Virus record (IMG/VR): IMGVR_UViG_3300007735_000795 | Span: 34,767-98,766 of that record | Reading direction: 5' to 3' (one strand) | Source of the DNA: a virus | Length of the DNA: 64,000 bases | Part shown: positions 7,924-17,091 of the stretch, piece by piece | Numbering within the stretch: position 1 is the stretch's first letter | How the letters are laid out: every line of letters starts with the position of its first letter | Notes under the pieces: model-generated | Databases searched by the model: none | Told to the model about the DNA's origin: nothing | The model's input: only the letters and a program-made list of their open reading frames with translations | Translations under genes and position numbers: made by a program

Positions 7924-8589
7924 TTACTGGTTCTGCTTAATTAAATTAGCAACTGATTCACCATTTAACAATAAATGCTCTTTAAATTCATCTGTAAAGC
8001 AGCATCCATTTTCTTCTTTAGATTTAATAAATTCTTTAGGTACATCACTAAATACCCAGTCAACTACTAATATTCCTATTAAATTACCATTTGGTGTTCC
8101 AAATTTAGAACTGCCCCTGTCATAAATTGGAATAGCAGCTGATGCTTGGGTGCTTGTTTTTCTGAGTAATGCCTTAGTGGTTATGTCTTCTATTTTTTCT
8201 ATGTCATTATAGAAAAATTTATTTTCAATTGTAGACTTGATAAGTGAAGTATAGTGACTTACAAAGAAATTTATCATGTTGTTTGATAGTGGTTCTAAAC
8301 CATCAGATGTTCTTTCGTAAGTAACAGATGCTTTCTGCATTGGAGAGTTAGTATAAAACGTTCCACCATTGTGAAACTGAATTAAGTATACTCTGTCTGC
8401 TTCATATTCGTTTTTAATTTCCTCAACTGTAAGATGAATGATTTCATCTTTATTAATTTGAGTCATTAATTTTTTTCTAGAACTGGATTGGTGTTTTTCG
8501 TCTAACCATTTCTTAAAATACCCCGCCGTTATTAGTGTAACTATTATTGACGTGACTGAAGTAATCACAGTTATAATAATACTTTCCAT
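7924..8589 (-). CDS. single-TM protein with GAF-like domain (T4 holin T-like architecture)
   Basis: N-terminal TM; ADRVYLIQF...IPIYD...LIGILVVDW GAF pattern; class-2 motif at 8620-8628. Confidence 0.65.
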   Translation of the reverse strand: MESIIITVITSVTSIIVTLITAGYFKKWLDEKHQSSSRKKLMTQINKDEIIHLTVEEIKNEYEADRVYLIQFHNGGTFYTNSPMQKASVTYERTSDGLEPLSNNMINFFVSHYTSLIKSTIENKFFYNDIEKIEDITTKALLRKTSTQASAAIPIYDRGSSKFGTPNGNLIGILVVDWVFSDVPKEFIKSKEENGCCFTDEFKEHLLLNGESVANLIKQNQ

Positions 8590-8651
8590 TTATTCCTTCT
8601 CTTGTTTTTGGTTTACAAGTATAAATATGTTCAACTGAAGGAAAAGTCCTA

Positions 8652-9548
8652 TTAGAATTTTATTCCTATAACAGTAATGTCATCTGTTTGTTCAAATCCG
8701 TGTTTCCATTTATTAATTTCAAATTCTATTTTTTTATACTGTTCAAGTATAGGTTCATAGTGAATTGATTGTAATAATTCATAGAACTGTTTTGTAGTAA
8801 ATTTTTTATCATTTTCACCTCCAAACTGGTCTACATACCCATCTGTATACAAATACAATGTATCATCCTCTTCATATTCAATTTTGGTTTGAGTAAATGT
8901 TTTTTCACCTACACCTCCAATTCCAAATCGATTACCTTTTAATTCATGGATTTGGTCTTTTTTAAATAAAACTGATTTGTGTTTTGCTCCTGCAAAGTGT
9001 AATTGTTTATTTTGTTTATCAATTTTAATTATAGCCATGTCCATACCGTCTTGTATGGATTGGTTTATTCTATTTTGTTTTAGAGTTGTTTTTACCAGTC
9101 TATCCATTTCAAATAGTATTTGAGGCAAATCATATATTTTATTCTCAACCACAATTTGATTTAAAAAACTATTCCCCAGCATAGTCATAAATGCTCCTGG
9201 TATTCCATGTCCTGTACAGTCTGCACAAACAATAATGTAATTGTGTTCATTTATTTTGTGAAACCAAAAAAAGTCTCCACCAACAATGTCTTTTGGTTTA
9301 TAAAAGAAAAATGAAAGAGGAAGATATCTTTTGATAAATTCCTCTCCTGGTAGTAATACTTTTTGAATTTCGTGAGCGTACTTTAGACTTAAAACCAATT
9401 CATGTTTTCGGAATTCAAGTACTTTATTTTTATTTTCTAATTCAGTTTTTATTTTTGAAAGTTGAGTAACAACAGATTGTGTTTTCTTTTTGTATGAAAA
9501 AGACACAATAAAAAGAATTAGTAAAAACAAACATATTATTCCAACCAT
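8652..9548 (-). CDS. membrane-anchored PP2C/SpoIIE-family Ser/Thr phosphatase
   Basis: YA..IQ..LLP, VGGDFF, ADCTGHGIPGA, DGMD, YTDG..DQFGG, QTDDIT motifs. Confidence 0.92.
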   Translation of the reverse strand: MVGIICLFLLILFIVSFSYKKKTQSVVTQLSKIKTELENKNKVLEFRKHELVLSLKYAHEIQKVLLPGEEFIKRYLPLSFFFYKPKDIVGGDFFWFHKINEHNYIIVCADCTGHGIPGAFMTMLGNSFLNQIVVENKIYDLPQILFEMDRLVKTTLKQNRINQSIQDGMDMAIIKIDKQNKQLHFAGAKHKSVLFKKDQIHELKGNRFGIGGVGEKTFTQTKIEYEEDDTLYLYTDGYVDQFGGENDKKFTTKQFYELLQSIHYEPILEQYKKIEFEINKWKHGFEQTDDITVIGIKF

Positions 9549-9760
9549 TAACTGTTCTTTTTCTTACTACGTTTAATTCTCCATTTCTTTTGTTTGGCAG
9601 GTAAGTCTCCGTAACGAAAATAAGGATCAGTGTAAGGATAATTTATACCTCTTCTACTTTTTATCCTGCCCTTTCCATCTTTATCATACTTAACATATGT
9701 TACTGAATGACAACTTATTAGTAGTAAACAAAGGATTACAATGCTAATTATGCGTTTCAT
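9548..9760 (-). CDS. small basic putative lipoprotein
   Basis: MKRIISIVILCLLLIS-C; TAATG-coupled to PP2C gene; class-2 motif at 9765-9772. Confidence 0.65.
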   Translation of the reverse strand: MKRIISIVILCLLLISCHSVTYVKYDKDGKGRIKSRRGINYPYTDPYFRYGDLPAKQKKWRIKRSKKKNS

Positions 9761-9793
9761 AACAATAAATATGTTACTAATTGTATAAGTGGG

Positions 9794-10168
9794 TTATGGC
9801 TTGGTTCTAAGACTTTCTAAAAATTCCCACAATGATTCAAAACTGTAACAAATTGGGTTTCCATTTTCGTCTGTTGCTCCCCATCTTACTTCTCCAGCCT
9901 CTTTTACAATTTCCATTGTTCCATCTTCTTTTTTTTCGTATACAGCAGTTTTACTCCAATCTTTAGTACCATAATCAGATTCATAAATAAACCAAGACCA
10001 CCAGTCTAAACCTTCCTTACCATAAATTTCTTCAATTAAAGTGGAAATCATTTGATGATATGGGTCTACAAATTCAAGTAAGTCAACATTGTTTTTATAC
10101 AAGTTGTTTACAACTTGTTCTTGTTTTTGTAACTGTAAAATTACTTTTAAGAAATTTTCGTATGTCAT
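9794..10168 (-). CDS. hypothetical protein
   Basis: 124 aa ORF (DWWSWFIYE motif). Confidence 0.75.
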   Translation of the reverse strand: MTYENFLKVILQLQKQEQVVNNLYKNNVDLLEFVDPYHQMISTLIEEIYGKEGLDWWSWFIYESDYGTKDWSKTAVYEKKEDGTMEIVKEAGEVRWGATDENGNPICYSFESLWEFLESLRTKP

Positions 10169-10174
10169 AACTTT

Positions 10175-11446
10175 TTAATTTGATAAAGGTGCTTTAAGGG
10201 TTGGGTGTGATTGATAGTTTCCTAACTGAATATCCTCCTCCAACAAACACTTACAGAAGTTATCATTCTTAAATGAATTGAATACTGCTACAGCATCCAA
10301 AGGACCTTCACCACAAGATCCATTTTCGGTTGGCCAAAACTCTGTATTGATGTTTAGTTTAGGCAACTCATAAGGTGTTCTACTAATTTGTTCCTTTGCT
10401 TGCTCGATGTGGTTGCTGTAAAGGTGTACATCACCTAAGTTACCAATCAATTCATCAGGTACCATATTAACTGCTTTAGCAATGATTTCAAGTAATAAAC
10501 CATAACTAGCAATGTTAAATGGTAATCCTAAGAATGTATCTACGCTGCGTTGATTCCACATTAAAGAGATTGCTCTACGGGGTATTTTATAAGGTGTGTT
10601 GTCCACATTTGTTGGCACCATAGCATCAGCTAGTGGGCCATACTTTTCTTTCCAAATAGGTAAAGCTAACTTATGTCTCTCTTCCAAACTCAACTCTCTT
10701 GTATAAACTTGAAATCCATAATGACAAGGTGGAAGTACCATTTGGTCTAATTCACCTACATTCCAAGCTGAAACCATTAGTCGTCTTGAGTCTGGGTTTG
10801 TTTTGAGTTCGGAGATTAGGTTTGCGATTTGGTCTATTGGATTAGTTAAATAATCTGATGGGTAAGTTGACCAACTTCTCCATTGCTTACCATATATCGG
10901 TCCTAACTCACCCCACTCCTTAGAAAACTCATCATCAGTTTTGATTTTATTGATGAATTCTTCTTGTGATAAAATGTCAATGCCTTGATTTATCAGAAAA
11001 TTGTTTTTTAACTTATAGTTCTTATACGCATCACCATCCCAAATATGACAATCATTATCAACAAGGTATTTAATGTTTGTGTCGCCTCTTAAAAACCATA
11101 GTAATTCAGTTACCATTGTTTTCCAAGCCATCTTCTTAGTTGTGAGCAATGGAAAGCCAGATTGCATATCATGTCTGATTTGATAACCAAAGATTGATTT
11201 GGTTCCAGTTCCTGTTCTGTCTTTCTTTTCTACTCCATTACCAAGGATATATTCTAGTAGGTCTTGGTATGCTATATCTAAATCATTACCTACACGTTCA
11301 TAAGCACCATTAGGTCCAATTTGGAAGTCGTCTGAGATAATTGGTAGGTTATTAATTTCTCCCCACTTACTAAACCATTCATCATAGGTAAGATAGTGTC
11401 CTGGGTTTTCTGCTAACCACTGTCTGTATTGTGATTCTAAAAGCAT
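10175..11446 (-). CDS. thyA: thymidylate synthase with N-terminal extension
   Basis: DRTGTGT, FPLLTTKK, ELLWFL, DSRR, PPCH, QRSVDTFLGLPFN, HLYSNH; likely start 11446. Confidence 0.96.
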   Translation of the reverse strand: MLLESQYRQWLAENPGHYLTYDEWFSKWGEINNLPIISDDFQIGPNGAYERVGNDLDIAYQDLLEYILGNGVEKKDRTGTGTKSIFGYQIRHDMQSGFPLLTTKKMAWKTMVTELLWFLRGDTNIKYLVDNDCHIWDGDAYKNYKLKNNFLINQGIDILSQEEFINKIKTDDEFSKEWGELGPIYGKQWRSWSTYPSDYLTNPIDQIANLISELKTNPDSRRLMVSAWNVGELDQMVLPPCHYGFQVYTRELSLEERHKLALPIWKEKYGPLADAMVPTNVDNTPYKIPRRAISLMWNQRSVDTFLGLPFNIASYGLLLEIIAKAVNMVPDELIGNLGDVHLYSNHIEQAKEQISRTPYELPKLNINTEFWPTENGSCGEGPLDAVAVFNSFKNDNFCKCLLEEDIQLGNYQSHPTLKAPLSN

Positions 11447-11447
11447 A

Positions 11448-11645
11448 TTATTGTTCGTCTTCAATTTGTTTTTCAGGTACACTTGTTACTTGAGGATTAT
11501 CATTTGGTTGATCTGCTTGATTCATGTATTCTCCATTTTGGTCATAAATTTGTTTATTTATTTGACGATACAAATTGTAAAATACAAGAACTATCATGAC
11601 TATTAGTCCTGCTATTACTAAAAGGGTTGTTGTAAAAGTACTCAT
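11448..11645 (-). CDS. small single-TM protein
   Basis: N-terminal hydrophobic helix. Confidence 0.65.
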   Translation of the reverse strand: MSTFTTTLLVIAGLIVMIVLVFYNLYRQINKQIYDQNGEYMNQADQPNDNPQVTSVPEKQIEDEQ

Positions 11646-12022
11646 TTTTTAATTTTTAATGTTTGTTGATATTCAAAATATTCATTTAACCATACTGTTG
11701 CTAAACGGATAGCATCATCTTCATTCATATATCCTGCTTCAAATGTTTTACCATATTTTAATTCACGATAAAAAACATAAGGTTCATTTCCAAAGTCTTT
11801 TTCAGATAAATAAACAACTAAACTAACATTAGTGCCTCTTGCTCTAAAATAGTACCATTTACCATCTTTAAGAGTACCTTCTGCTTGTACAGGACACATT
11901 CCATCTGGTTTTATGTTGTATGGATTGAATCCGTTAATTCTTTGCCATTTGTGTTTTAGAAACCGTTTGGCAATTTTAATTTTCCATTTAATCCCACCAA
12001 GAATCAATTTTTTTTGCAACAT
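11642..12022 (-). CDS. hypothetical protein
   Basis: CPVQAEG..YYFRARG motif; start uncertain. Confidence 0.6.
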   Translation of the reverse strand: MLQKKLILGGIKWKIKIAKRFLKHKWQRINGFNPYNIKPDGMCPVQAEGTLKDGKWYYFRARGTNVSLVVYLSEKDFGNEPYVFYRELKYGKTFEAGYMNEDDAIRLATVWLNEYFEYQQTLKIKK

Positions 12023-12503
12023 ATTTGTAAGTGTTTATTTTGTCTGTTAAGTATTGTTTTCTTGCTTCTTTTAATGCTTTTCTAAATTCCTTTGAATACT
12101 GTTTCTCCTCCTCCTCAGTATTTACTTTTTCAGTTTTTGATACCATTTCATATGAAAGCACATTTCCTTTATCATCATAACTGTATGGAACACTAGTAAA
12201 CGTTGTCTTGCCCCATTTTTGTTCAAGCAATTCTATAGCTGGTGATTCATAAAATTCAAAACTGTCTCTGGTTTGGTGTAGTCGATTGATTGCTTCTTGA
12301 ATTTCAGCAGCAACTTTCTCAGCTTGAGCAATGTGAGTTTTATCAGACAAAAAGAAATCTCGAGTGTGTTCTAATTTTTTGATTAGAATTTCTACAATAA
12401 AATGGTTGTCATAGTCTTGGTCTTTCCAAATTACTGGAAACCAACGCCAAAGGTTTTTTACTCTGTTAAAAAATGATTTAATAGGCCAAAATATTCTTCT
12501 CAT
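11988..12503 (-). CDS. hypothetical protein
   Basis: 171 aa, NLWRWFPVIWKD...WWD. Confidence 0.75.
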   Translation of the reverse strand: MRRIFWPIKSFFNRVKNLWRWFPVIWKDQDYDNHFIVEILIKKLEHTRDFFLSDKTHIAQAEKVAAEIQEAINRLHQTRDSFEFYESPAIELLEQKWGKTTFTSVPYSYDDKGNVLSYEMVSKTEKVNTEEEEKQYSKEFRKALKEARKQYLTDKINTYKYVAKKIDSWWD

Positions 12504-13042
12504 ATTGTTTCGTGTATAATTTGGTGTTTTAAAGCATCGTTAATACCAAAATACCAATCAGTTTTCTTATTCTTGACTTTATTTAGTTGTTTTTGAGTAA
12601 GAAGTGTTCTTGAAGTAATATATTCATCATACATTGCCATTAATCGATCTGATTCTTCTAAATTTTCTTTTAGAATAGACATTTTATCATAAGGCATACT
12701 GTCTAAACATTCATGATACATAAATGTAGCTAAATGGTGGGCAAAACGTTTGTGTCCTGCTATTAAAACAGGTAAAGCCATAGACATTACTGAACCATAA
12801 CCATAAGTATGAACAGGTACTAATGAATTTTCTATAATACCAATTAAAGCAAAACCATCAAGTATACTACCACCTACACTATTGATAATTAACTTTATAG
12901 GCTCAACTTCGTCTTTTTCACTATCAATTTCATTTATAAATGAGATTGTTTGAATAGTATCTCTTACAGATAATTCATCTATATCACCACTTAGAACAAT
13001 TGTTCTAAACAGTTTGTTGTTCGGGTTGTAACTGTTCTTCAT
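12500..13042 (-). CDS. clpP: ClpP-like protease subunit
   Basis: LIINSVGG, SMA (Ser), FMYH (His), DWY (Asp). Confidence 0.85.
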   Translation of the reverse strand: MKNSYNPNNKLFRTIVLSGDIDELSVRDTIQTISFINEIDSEKDEVEPIKLIINSVGGSILDGFALIGIIENSLVPVHTYGYGSVMSMALPVLIAGHKRFAHHLATFMYHECLDSMPYDKMSILKENLEESDRLMAMYDEYITSRTLLTQKQLNKVKNKKTDWYFGINDALKHQIIHETI

Positions 13043-13250
13043 TTTCTGTTATTTCAGTCCACTCCGGTTCTTTAAGGCTTTCAACCATTAAAAAGTGAGT
13101 GTCGGTTTTTAAAATATGTTCTGCTCCTAAATAATCTTTCCACGTATTAAGCAGTTCCCGATTCAGTTCTTCTTTTTTATAAAAGTAACTTGTCCGTAAC
13201 TTTCTTATAACCAGATAAGCATTATCATTATAAAAAAATAACTCTTTCAT
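13005..13250 (-). CDS. hypothetical protein
   Basis: 81 aa ORF. Confidence 0.65.
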   Translation of the reverse strand: MKELFFYNDNAYLVIRKLRTSYFYKKEELNRELLNTWKDYLGAEHILKTDTHFLMVESLKEPEWTEITENEEQLQPEQQTV

Positions 13251-13384
13251 TCGTCTCCTTCTCCGTAGTCTTTTTTATTTCGTTTATATACTTTTCCTGA
13301 AGGTTTAGCCTTTTGGATCATTTTCCTTCTGATGATCTGAGCAACGTGTCGCTCTGATAATCCGTTAAATTTGTTTTTGTCCAT
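13247..13384 (-). CDS. 45 aa basic peptide
   Basis: MDKNKFNGLSERHVAQIIRRKMIQKAKPSGKVYKRNKK...; first gene after promoter 13407-13438. Confidence 0.65.
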   Translation of the reverse strand: MDKNKFNGLSERHVAQIIRRKMIQKAKPSGKVYKRNKKDYGEGDE

Positions 13385-13406
13385 AGTGTTTTGTTTTTTA
13401 TATGCT

Positions 13407-13438
13407 TAAATATACGACAAAATTTTAACAAAACCAAA
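13407..13438 (-). promoter_or_regulatory. class-1 promoter
   Basis: TTTGG-N17-CGTATATTTA. Confidence 0.75.
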
Positions 13439-13446
13439 TTTTTATA

Positions 13447-13611
13447 TTAATGATTTACAAATAACTGTATTAAGGCGTATTCGTAGTGTTCAATCCTAGG
13501 GCAATATGGTGTTTCTTTTTCACGTTTATTTACTAATTCCAGTAATTTTTCATATACCCCATTTTCGTATGCTTCATATAAAATTTCTTCTATTCTTTTT
13601 TCGTTACTCAT
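13447..13611 (-). CDS. 54 aa hypothetical protein
   Basis: MSNEKRIEEILYEAYENG...; hand-translated. Confidence 0.6.
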   Translation of the reverse strand: MSNEKRIEEILYEAYENGVYEKLLELVNKREKETPYCPRIEHYEYALIQLFVNH

Positions 13612-13819
13612 TTATGACCCGTTTTTGATGATTATACAACACTGAAAAATATGTTAAATACACTTGTATGTTTACTGGTTTGTTATTCCAGTATTTTACA
13701 AAATTATTAATTATTTTTTTAGCACACAAAAGGTGTTCATCTGTCCTACACGACTTTATTACTTTAGCAATTTTTTTTATATGTAAAGTAAACAAGTCCT
13801 CCATCAGCCCTTTTACCAA
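13604..13819 (-). CDS. hypothetical protein
   Basis: KVIKSC motif; start may be 13804. Confidence 0.6.
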   Translation of the reverse strand: MVKGLMEDLFTLHIKKIAKVIKSCRTDEHLLCAKKIINNFVKYWNNKPVNIQVYLTYFSVLYNHQKRVINE

Positions 13820-13837
13820 TACATATTGTAAAATGCA

Positions 13838-14056
13838 TTAGTTTAGGCTGTATTTATAAGTAAAATCTAAATCTTCTTCGTTAAGAAGTGTCAATTCGTA
13901 TAACATGTCCTCTAAAGACTGAATGTATCCTTTTATGTAGGCAATTTCCAATTCAGTGTATATTCTAGAAGGTTGGATTAACTCCATTTTGTTTTCCTGA
14001 ATAGCAGTCTTGAGAATGAGTTCCATTGTCAAGCTGACTGGGTTTGTGGGTGACAT
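13838..14056 (-). CDS. hypothetical protein
   Basis: 72 aa; class-2 motif at 14066-14074. Confidence 0.6.
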   Translation of the reverse strand: MSPTNPVSLTMELILKTAIQENKMELIQPSRIYTELEIAYIKGYIQSLEDMLYELTLLNEEDLDFTYKYSLN

Positions 14057-14082
14057 GGTTTTATTTATAAATATTTTTATTT

Positions 14083-14376
14083 TTATCCTCCAAATGGACG
14101 TGGTTTAGGTTTAGGCATTGTGTCATGAGGGTAAACATATCCTTTTTTATTCATATCCTTTAACGGAATGTTTGTTTCAAACAAGTAAACAGGACCCTTG
14201 TATTCTTCATAGAATGGTTCGTTTTTAGGATTGAATTTCAAAATGCGTCTTGGTCCATTAAAACTTCTAAAACTTTTACAAGTTACTCTTATCCATTCAT
14301 CCATAAACACTTCAGTGCATAGTTGAGTAGGAAAGTCATAAACTAATTTTACTGTAAGTCCTCTTTTTTCTCCCAT
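14083..14376 (-). CDS. hypothetical protein
   Basis: 97 aa ORF. Confidence 0.7.
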   Translation of the reverse strand: MGEKRGLTVKLVYDFPTQLCTEVFMDEWIRVTCKSFRSFNGPRRILKFNPKNEPFYEEYKGPVYLFETNIPLKDMNKKGYVYPHDTMPKPKPRPFGG

Positions 14377-14377
14377 A

Positions 14378-14716
14378 TTATTTCATAAATAATTGAATGC
14401 ATAAAATACAAATACTTAATAATAAACAGATACCCGTCTTCATACTAATAGGTTCATTAAACCAGTTTATTGACATAAATGTAAAAACAACAGTTCCAAT
14501 AGCAAAACCTATTAATCGAGAAGGCCACAGTTGTCCACCAAAATGTTCAACCATGCACTGAACAGAATACATGAACAAATAGGAAATAGGAATACCCAAC
14601 CAAACAACCATATGAGGATGGTCTTTCATCCATTGGAATTTCCATCGGCCTTGTAGTTGAAGGAATGTTAGCAATTGTGCTAATACTCCAATTCCTATTC
14701 CTATTAACAGTTTCAT
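14378..14716 (-). CDS. 4-TM membrane protein, SMR/DMT-like
   Basis: Four hydrophobic helices, FNEPIS..GI.L pattern; likely start MKLLIG at 14716. Confidence 0.6.
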   Translation of the reverse strand: MKLLIGIGIGVLAQLLTFLQLQGRWKFQWMKDHPHMVVWLGIPISYLFMYSVQCMVEHFGGQLWPSRLIGFAIGTVVFTFMSINWFNEPISMKTGICLLLSICILCIQLFMK

Positions 14717-14931
14717 ATGTATTCTTTTTCTAATTTTAATGTTGTTAAGCGTTGTAAACACTTAAATTGTTCTTCATATTTCAATGGTTTAGCATCATCA
14801 TAGTTATCTGAAAATGCTATTGATCGTCCTCCTTCTCTTAAACCAATCCATACTTGTAAGTACTCGTTGTACACAATGTATGGTTTAGCATCAGGGTCTT
14901 CGGATGTGTGTCGTTTAGATTTTTTCATCAT
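14713..14931 (-). CDS. hypothetical protein
   Basis: 72 aa ORF. Confidence 0.6.
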   Translation of the reverse strand: MMKKSKRHTSEDPDAKPYIVYNEYLQVWIGLREGGRSIAFSDNYDDAKPLKYEEQFKCLQRLTTLKLEKEYI

Positions 14932-15148
14932 AAAGCGGAACAGCGTCTAGTTCTTCAAGTTTAACCCATACTCTAGTTTTCCACAAATCAACACTTACAT
15001 TGTCAATTGTTTCAGTTTCATCTTCAGTTGCTAATGCTAAAAGCAATAAACATTCATCTAGTGTTTCAATAGCTTCATTGAATTGTTCAGCTTCAATTTG
15101 TTGGAGAGCACGTTTCCAAGTGTTTGTAATTTTTCCTACTTTTTTCAT
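14915..15148 (-). CDS. helical hypothetical protein
   Basis: 77 aa ORF. Confidence 0.65.
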   Translation of the reverse strand: MKKVGKITNTWKRALQQIEAEQFNEAIETLDECLLLLALATEDETETIDNVSVDLWKTRVWVKLEELDAVPLYDEKI

Positions 15149-15152
15149 AACT

Positions 15153-15482
15153 TTAATTTATTATTTGTTTAATATGTTTACAAATACGATCCTTACTCCT
15201 CCAGTAACCTGGACAATTACATTTGTAGGTATTACCAATTTTTTGAATTTGGTATTTTCCTTCACCTGATGATGAAGACACCTCTATAATGTTTGAGATT
15301 GGTTTTGGTTTGGTATCAACACTTTTAGTCCAAACAATATCATCAAGAGTTGTATTGCTTGGTACATCAATCCAAAATGGTAGTATAACTGATCTGTCTA
15401 GTAAATGGGCAATTGCAGGATACACATTGCCTCCAGTAATGTAATGTTTTCCGTCTTTGAATTGATATACGTGTTTGTCCAT
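15153..15482 (-). CDS. SWIM zinc-finger protein
   Basis: C-terminal CNCPGY..CKH. Confidence 0.8.
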   Translation of the reverse strand: MDKHVYQFKDGKHYITGGNVYPAIAHLLDRSVILPFWIDVPSNTTLDDIVWTKSVDTKPKPISNIIEVSSSSGEGKYQIQKIGNTYKCNCPGYWRSKDRICKHIKQIIN

Positions 15483-15499
15483 GTTTTTTAACTTACACG

Positions 15500-15531
15500 T
15501 AAATATACGACAAAGGCTTTACAAAGCCAAA
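15500..15531 (-). promoter_or_regulatory. class-1 promoter
   Basis: TTTGG-N17-CGTATATTTA. Confidence 0.75.
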
Positions 15532-15538
15532 TAAAATG

Positions 15539-15974
15539 TTAAGAAAATTGCTTTTCTTGGCGGGAAATTTCCAAGTCTAATGTGAGGAGTGTACATAGTT
15601 CCTCTAAATTCTCCCAACTGTACATTGCCATTATTAGCAATGTACTGTCGGGAATTTTGTTAAAGTACCTTAATACATTACTCTCCATTATACTTTAGAG
15701 CAGGATGGTACTTTTTAGTTGCTTGCCTTGGTTGACGAGCAGCTTGTTGTTGTTGGTTTTTTCTTCTTTTAGTCTCCATTATTTGAATGTAAGACTTTAA
15801 GCACTCGTAGTTGCTTTGGGGTGAATTTTTACTCATAACTTATCTTCCTTGTCCTTTATAAATTTTTTTATAATTTTTGCTTGTTTTTAGCTTGCTTGAC
15901 TTTTTTTTAGAATGGATGTTAGGCCTTTTTCTTCGGGGTTTCCTTTCTGAGTGGGTTTGTGTTTTTAATGCCAT
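15539..15974 (-). other. three tandem micro-ORFs (49, 51 and 44 aa)
   Basis: MESNVLRYF..., MSKNSPQSNY... and MALKTQ...NYKKIYKGQGR* fill the gap head-to-tail. Confidence 0.55.
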
Positions 15975-16275
15975 CTTCTTTTTCTTTTAATTTGTTTATA
16001 GCTTCTACTATTCTGGTACAGTCCTCATAGAGTTCTTTCTCAACATAGTATTTTAGGTTTTCTTGTAACGTTTCACAAAAATATTTTTTTTCTAGTGTTA
16101 TGTCGTATGTAGCATCATCTTCTAAACAAGTAACTGATAGTACGTGTAAATGTTTTTTACGGGTGTTTAGGTTTTCTAGAAGTGTCTCTACAACAGCGGC
16201 GGCTATTGCAAAATCCTTCCTATCAATCATGTCTTGGAATTCATCAACATTATTTAAGATTATTTCAACAGCCAT
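15919..16275 (-). CDS. hypothetical protein with UVR-like C-terminal hairpin
   Basis: ELYEDCTRIVEAI resembles the UvrB/C E-x-Y-E-x-C/A pattern. Confidence 0.6.
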   Translation of the reverse strand: MAVEIILNNVDEFQDMIDRKDFAIAAAVVETLLENLNTRKKHLHVLSVTCLEDDATYDITLEKKYFCETLQENLKYYVEKELYEDCTRIVEAINKLKEKEDGIKNTNPLRKETPKKKA

Positions 16276-16276
16276 A

Positions 16277-16432
16277 TTAGAATAAGTCTAAAAATTTAGG
16301 ATTAATTTCTTTGCCTTTAAGTTGATTCATTTTTTCATCATTAGCAAGCATTTGGGTTGCTAATTTTTCTAAATGTTTTGCCTTAATAGCATCATAATCA
16401 GTAATAATATCTTGATGTTTTTTGCTTTTCAT
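16277..16432 (-). CDS. 51 aa hypothetical protein
   Basis: MKSKKHQDIITDYDAIK...; class-2 motif at 16439-16446. Confidence 0.6.
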   Translation of the reverse strand: MKSKKHQDIITDYDAIKAKHLEKLATQMLANDEKMNQLKGKEINPKFLDLF

Positions 16433-16446
16433 CTACTAATAAATAT

Positions 16447-17091
16447 TTAAAGTCTACTAATAAACTCAGAACCATCATCAGTTGGAGGTTGAGTTTTTTC
16501 TAACCCCAATTCTTTTAAACGTTGAAGTGTATAATCATCTACTTCCCAATCTACTTCACTTTGAGACATGGGACGATGGTCTTCTAAACCTTCAATTTGT
16601 TTATTAGAAAACAAATCACCAACAGTCAAATAATAACAATTATAACACAGCATTTCCATATTTTCAATAGTATAATACTGTTTATTACCGTTTTTAAAAT
16701 GAAGAACAAGTGGAATTTTGTAATCTAATACCCTACGTTCATGGAATCCACAATTATAACATTCTTCTTTTAAATACCCCTCTTGTATCATTCGATACTT
16801 TATTTTTTGAGGGTTGAAGTGAGCAGGATTTATTTTTCCTTCTAATATGTCTAATAAGGCTGGTTCTTTTTTACCAAATGGTGCTTGTGATAGGAATTTA
16901 GGGATGCCTTTTCCTGCTTGGTTTTTATGTGATTCGAATAAACTAACCCCATTTTCATCCTGATACAGTTTCATCCATTTTTTAAGGTGCTGGTATGAAA
17001 CATTCAAATAGCGGGCTGCGGCTCGGACCGATTTTGTCTTGTCCATAGCCGCAATTGCCATTTCTTTTGATATGGGTTTAGGTTTAGGCAT
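16447..17091 (-). CDS. HTH + degenerate HNH/zinc-finger protein
   Basis: SVRAAARYLNVSY HTH; CYNC...LHFKNG...N..MLCYNCY. Confidence 0.7.
   Translation of the reverse strand: MPKPKPISKEMAIAAMDKTKSVRAAARYLNVSYQHLKKWMKLYQDENGVSLFESHKNQAGKGIPKFLSQAPFGKKEPALLDILEGKINPAHFNPQKIKYRMIQEGYLKEECYNCGFHERRVLDYKIPLVLHFKNGNKQYYTIENMEMLCYNCYYLTVGDLFSNKQIEGLEDHRPMSQSEVDWEVDDYTLQRLKELGLEKTQPPTDDGSEFISRL

Noticed and set aside
10175-11446. ThyA-like base-modifying hydroxymethylase
   Set aside because: Retains the dUMP-specifying Asn (GLPFN) and canonical ThyA motifs
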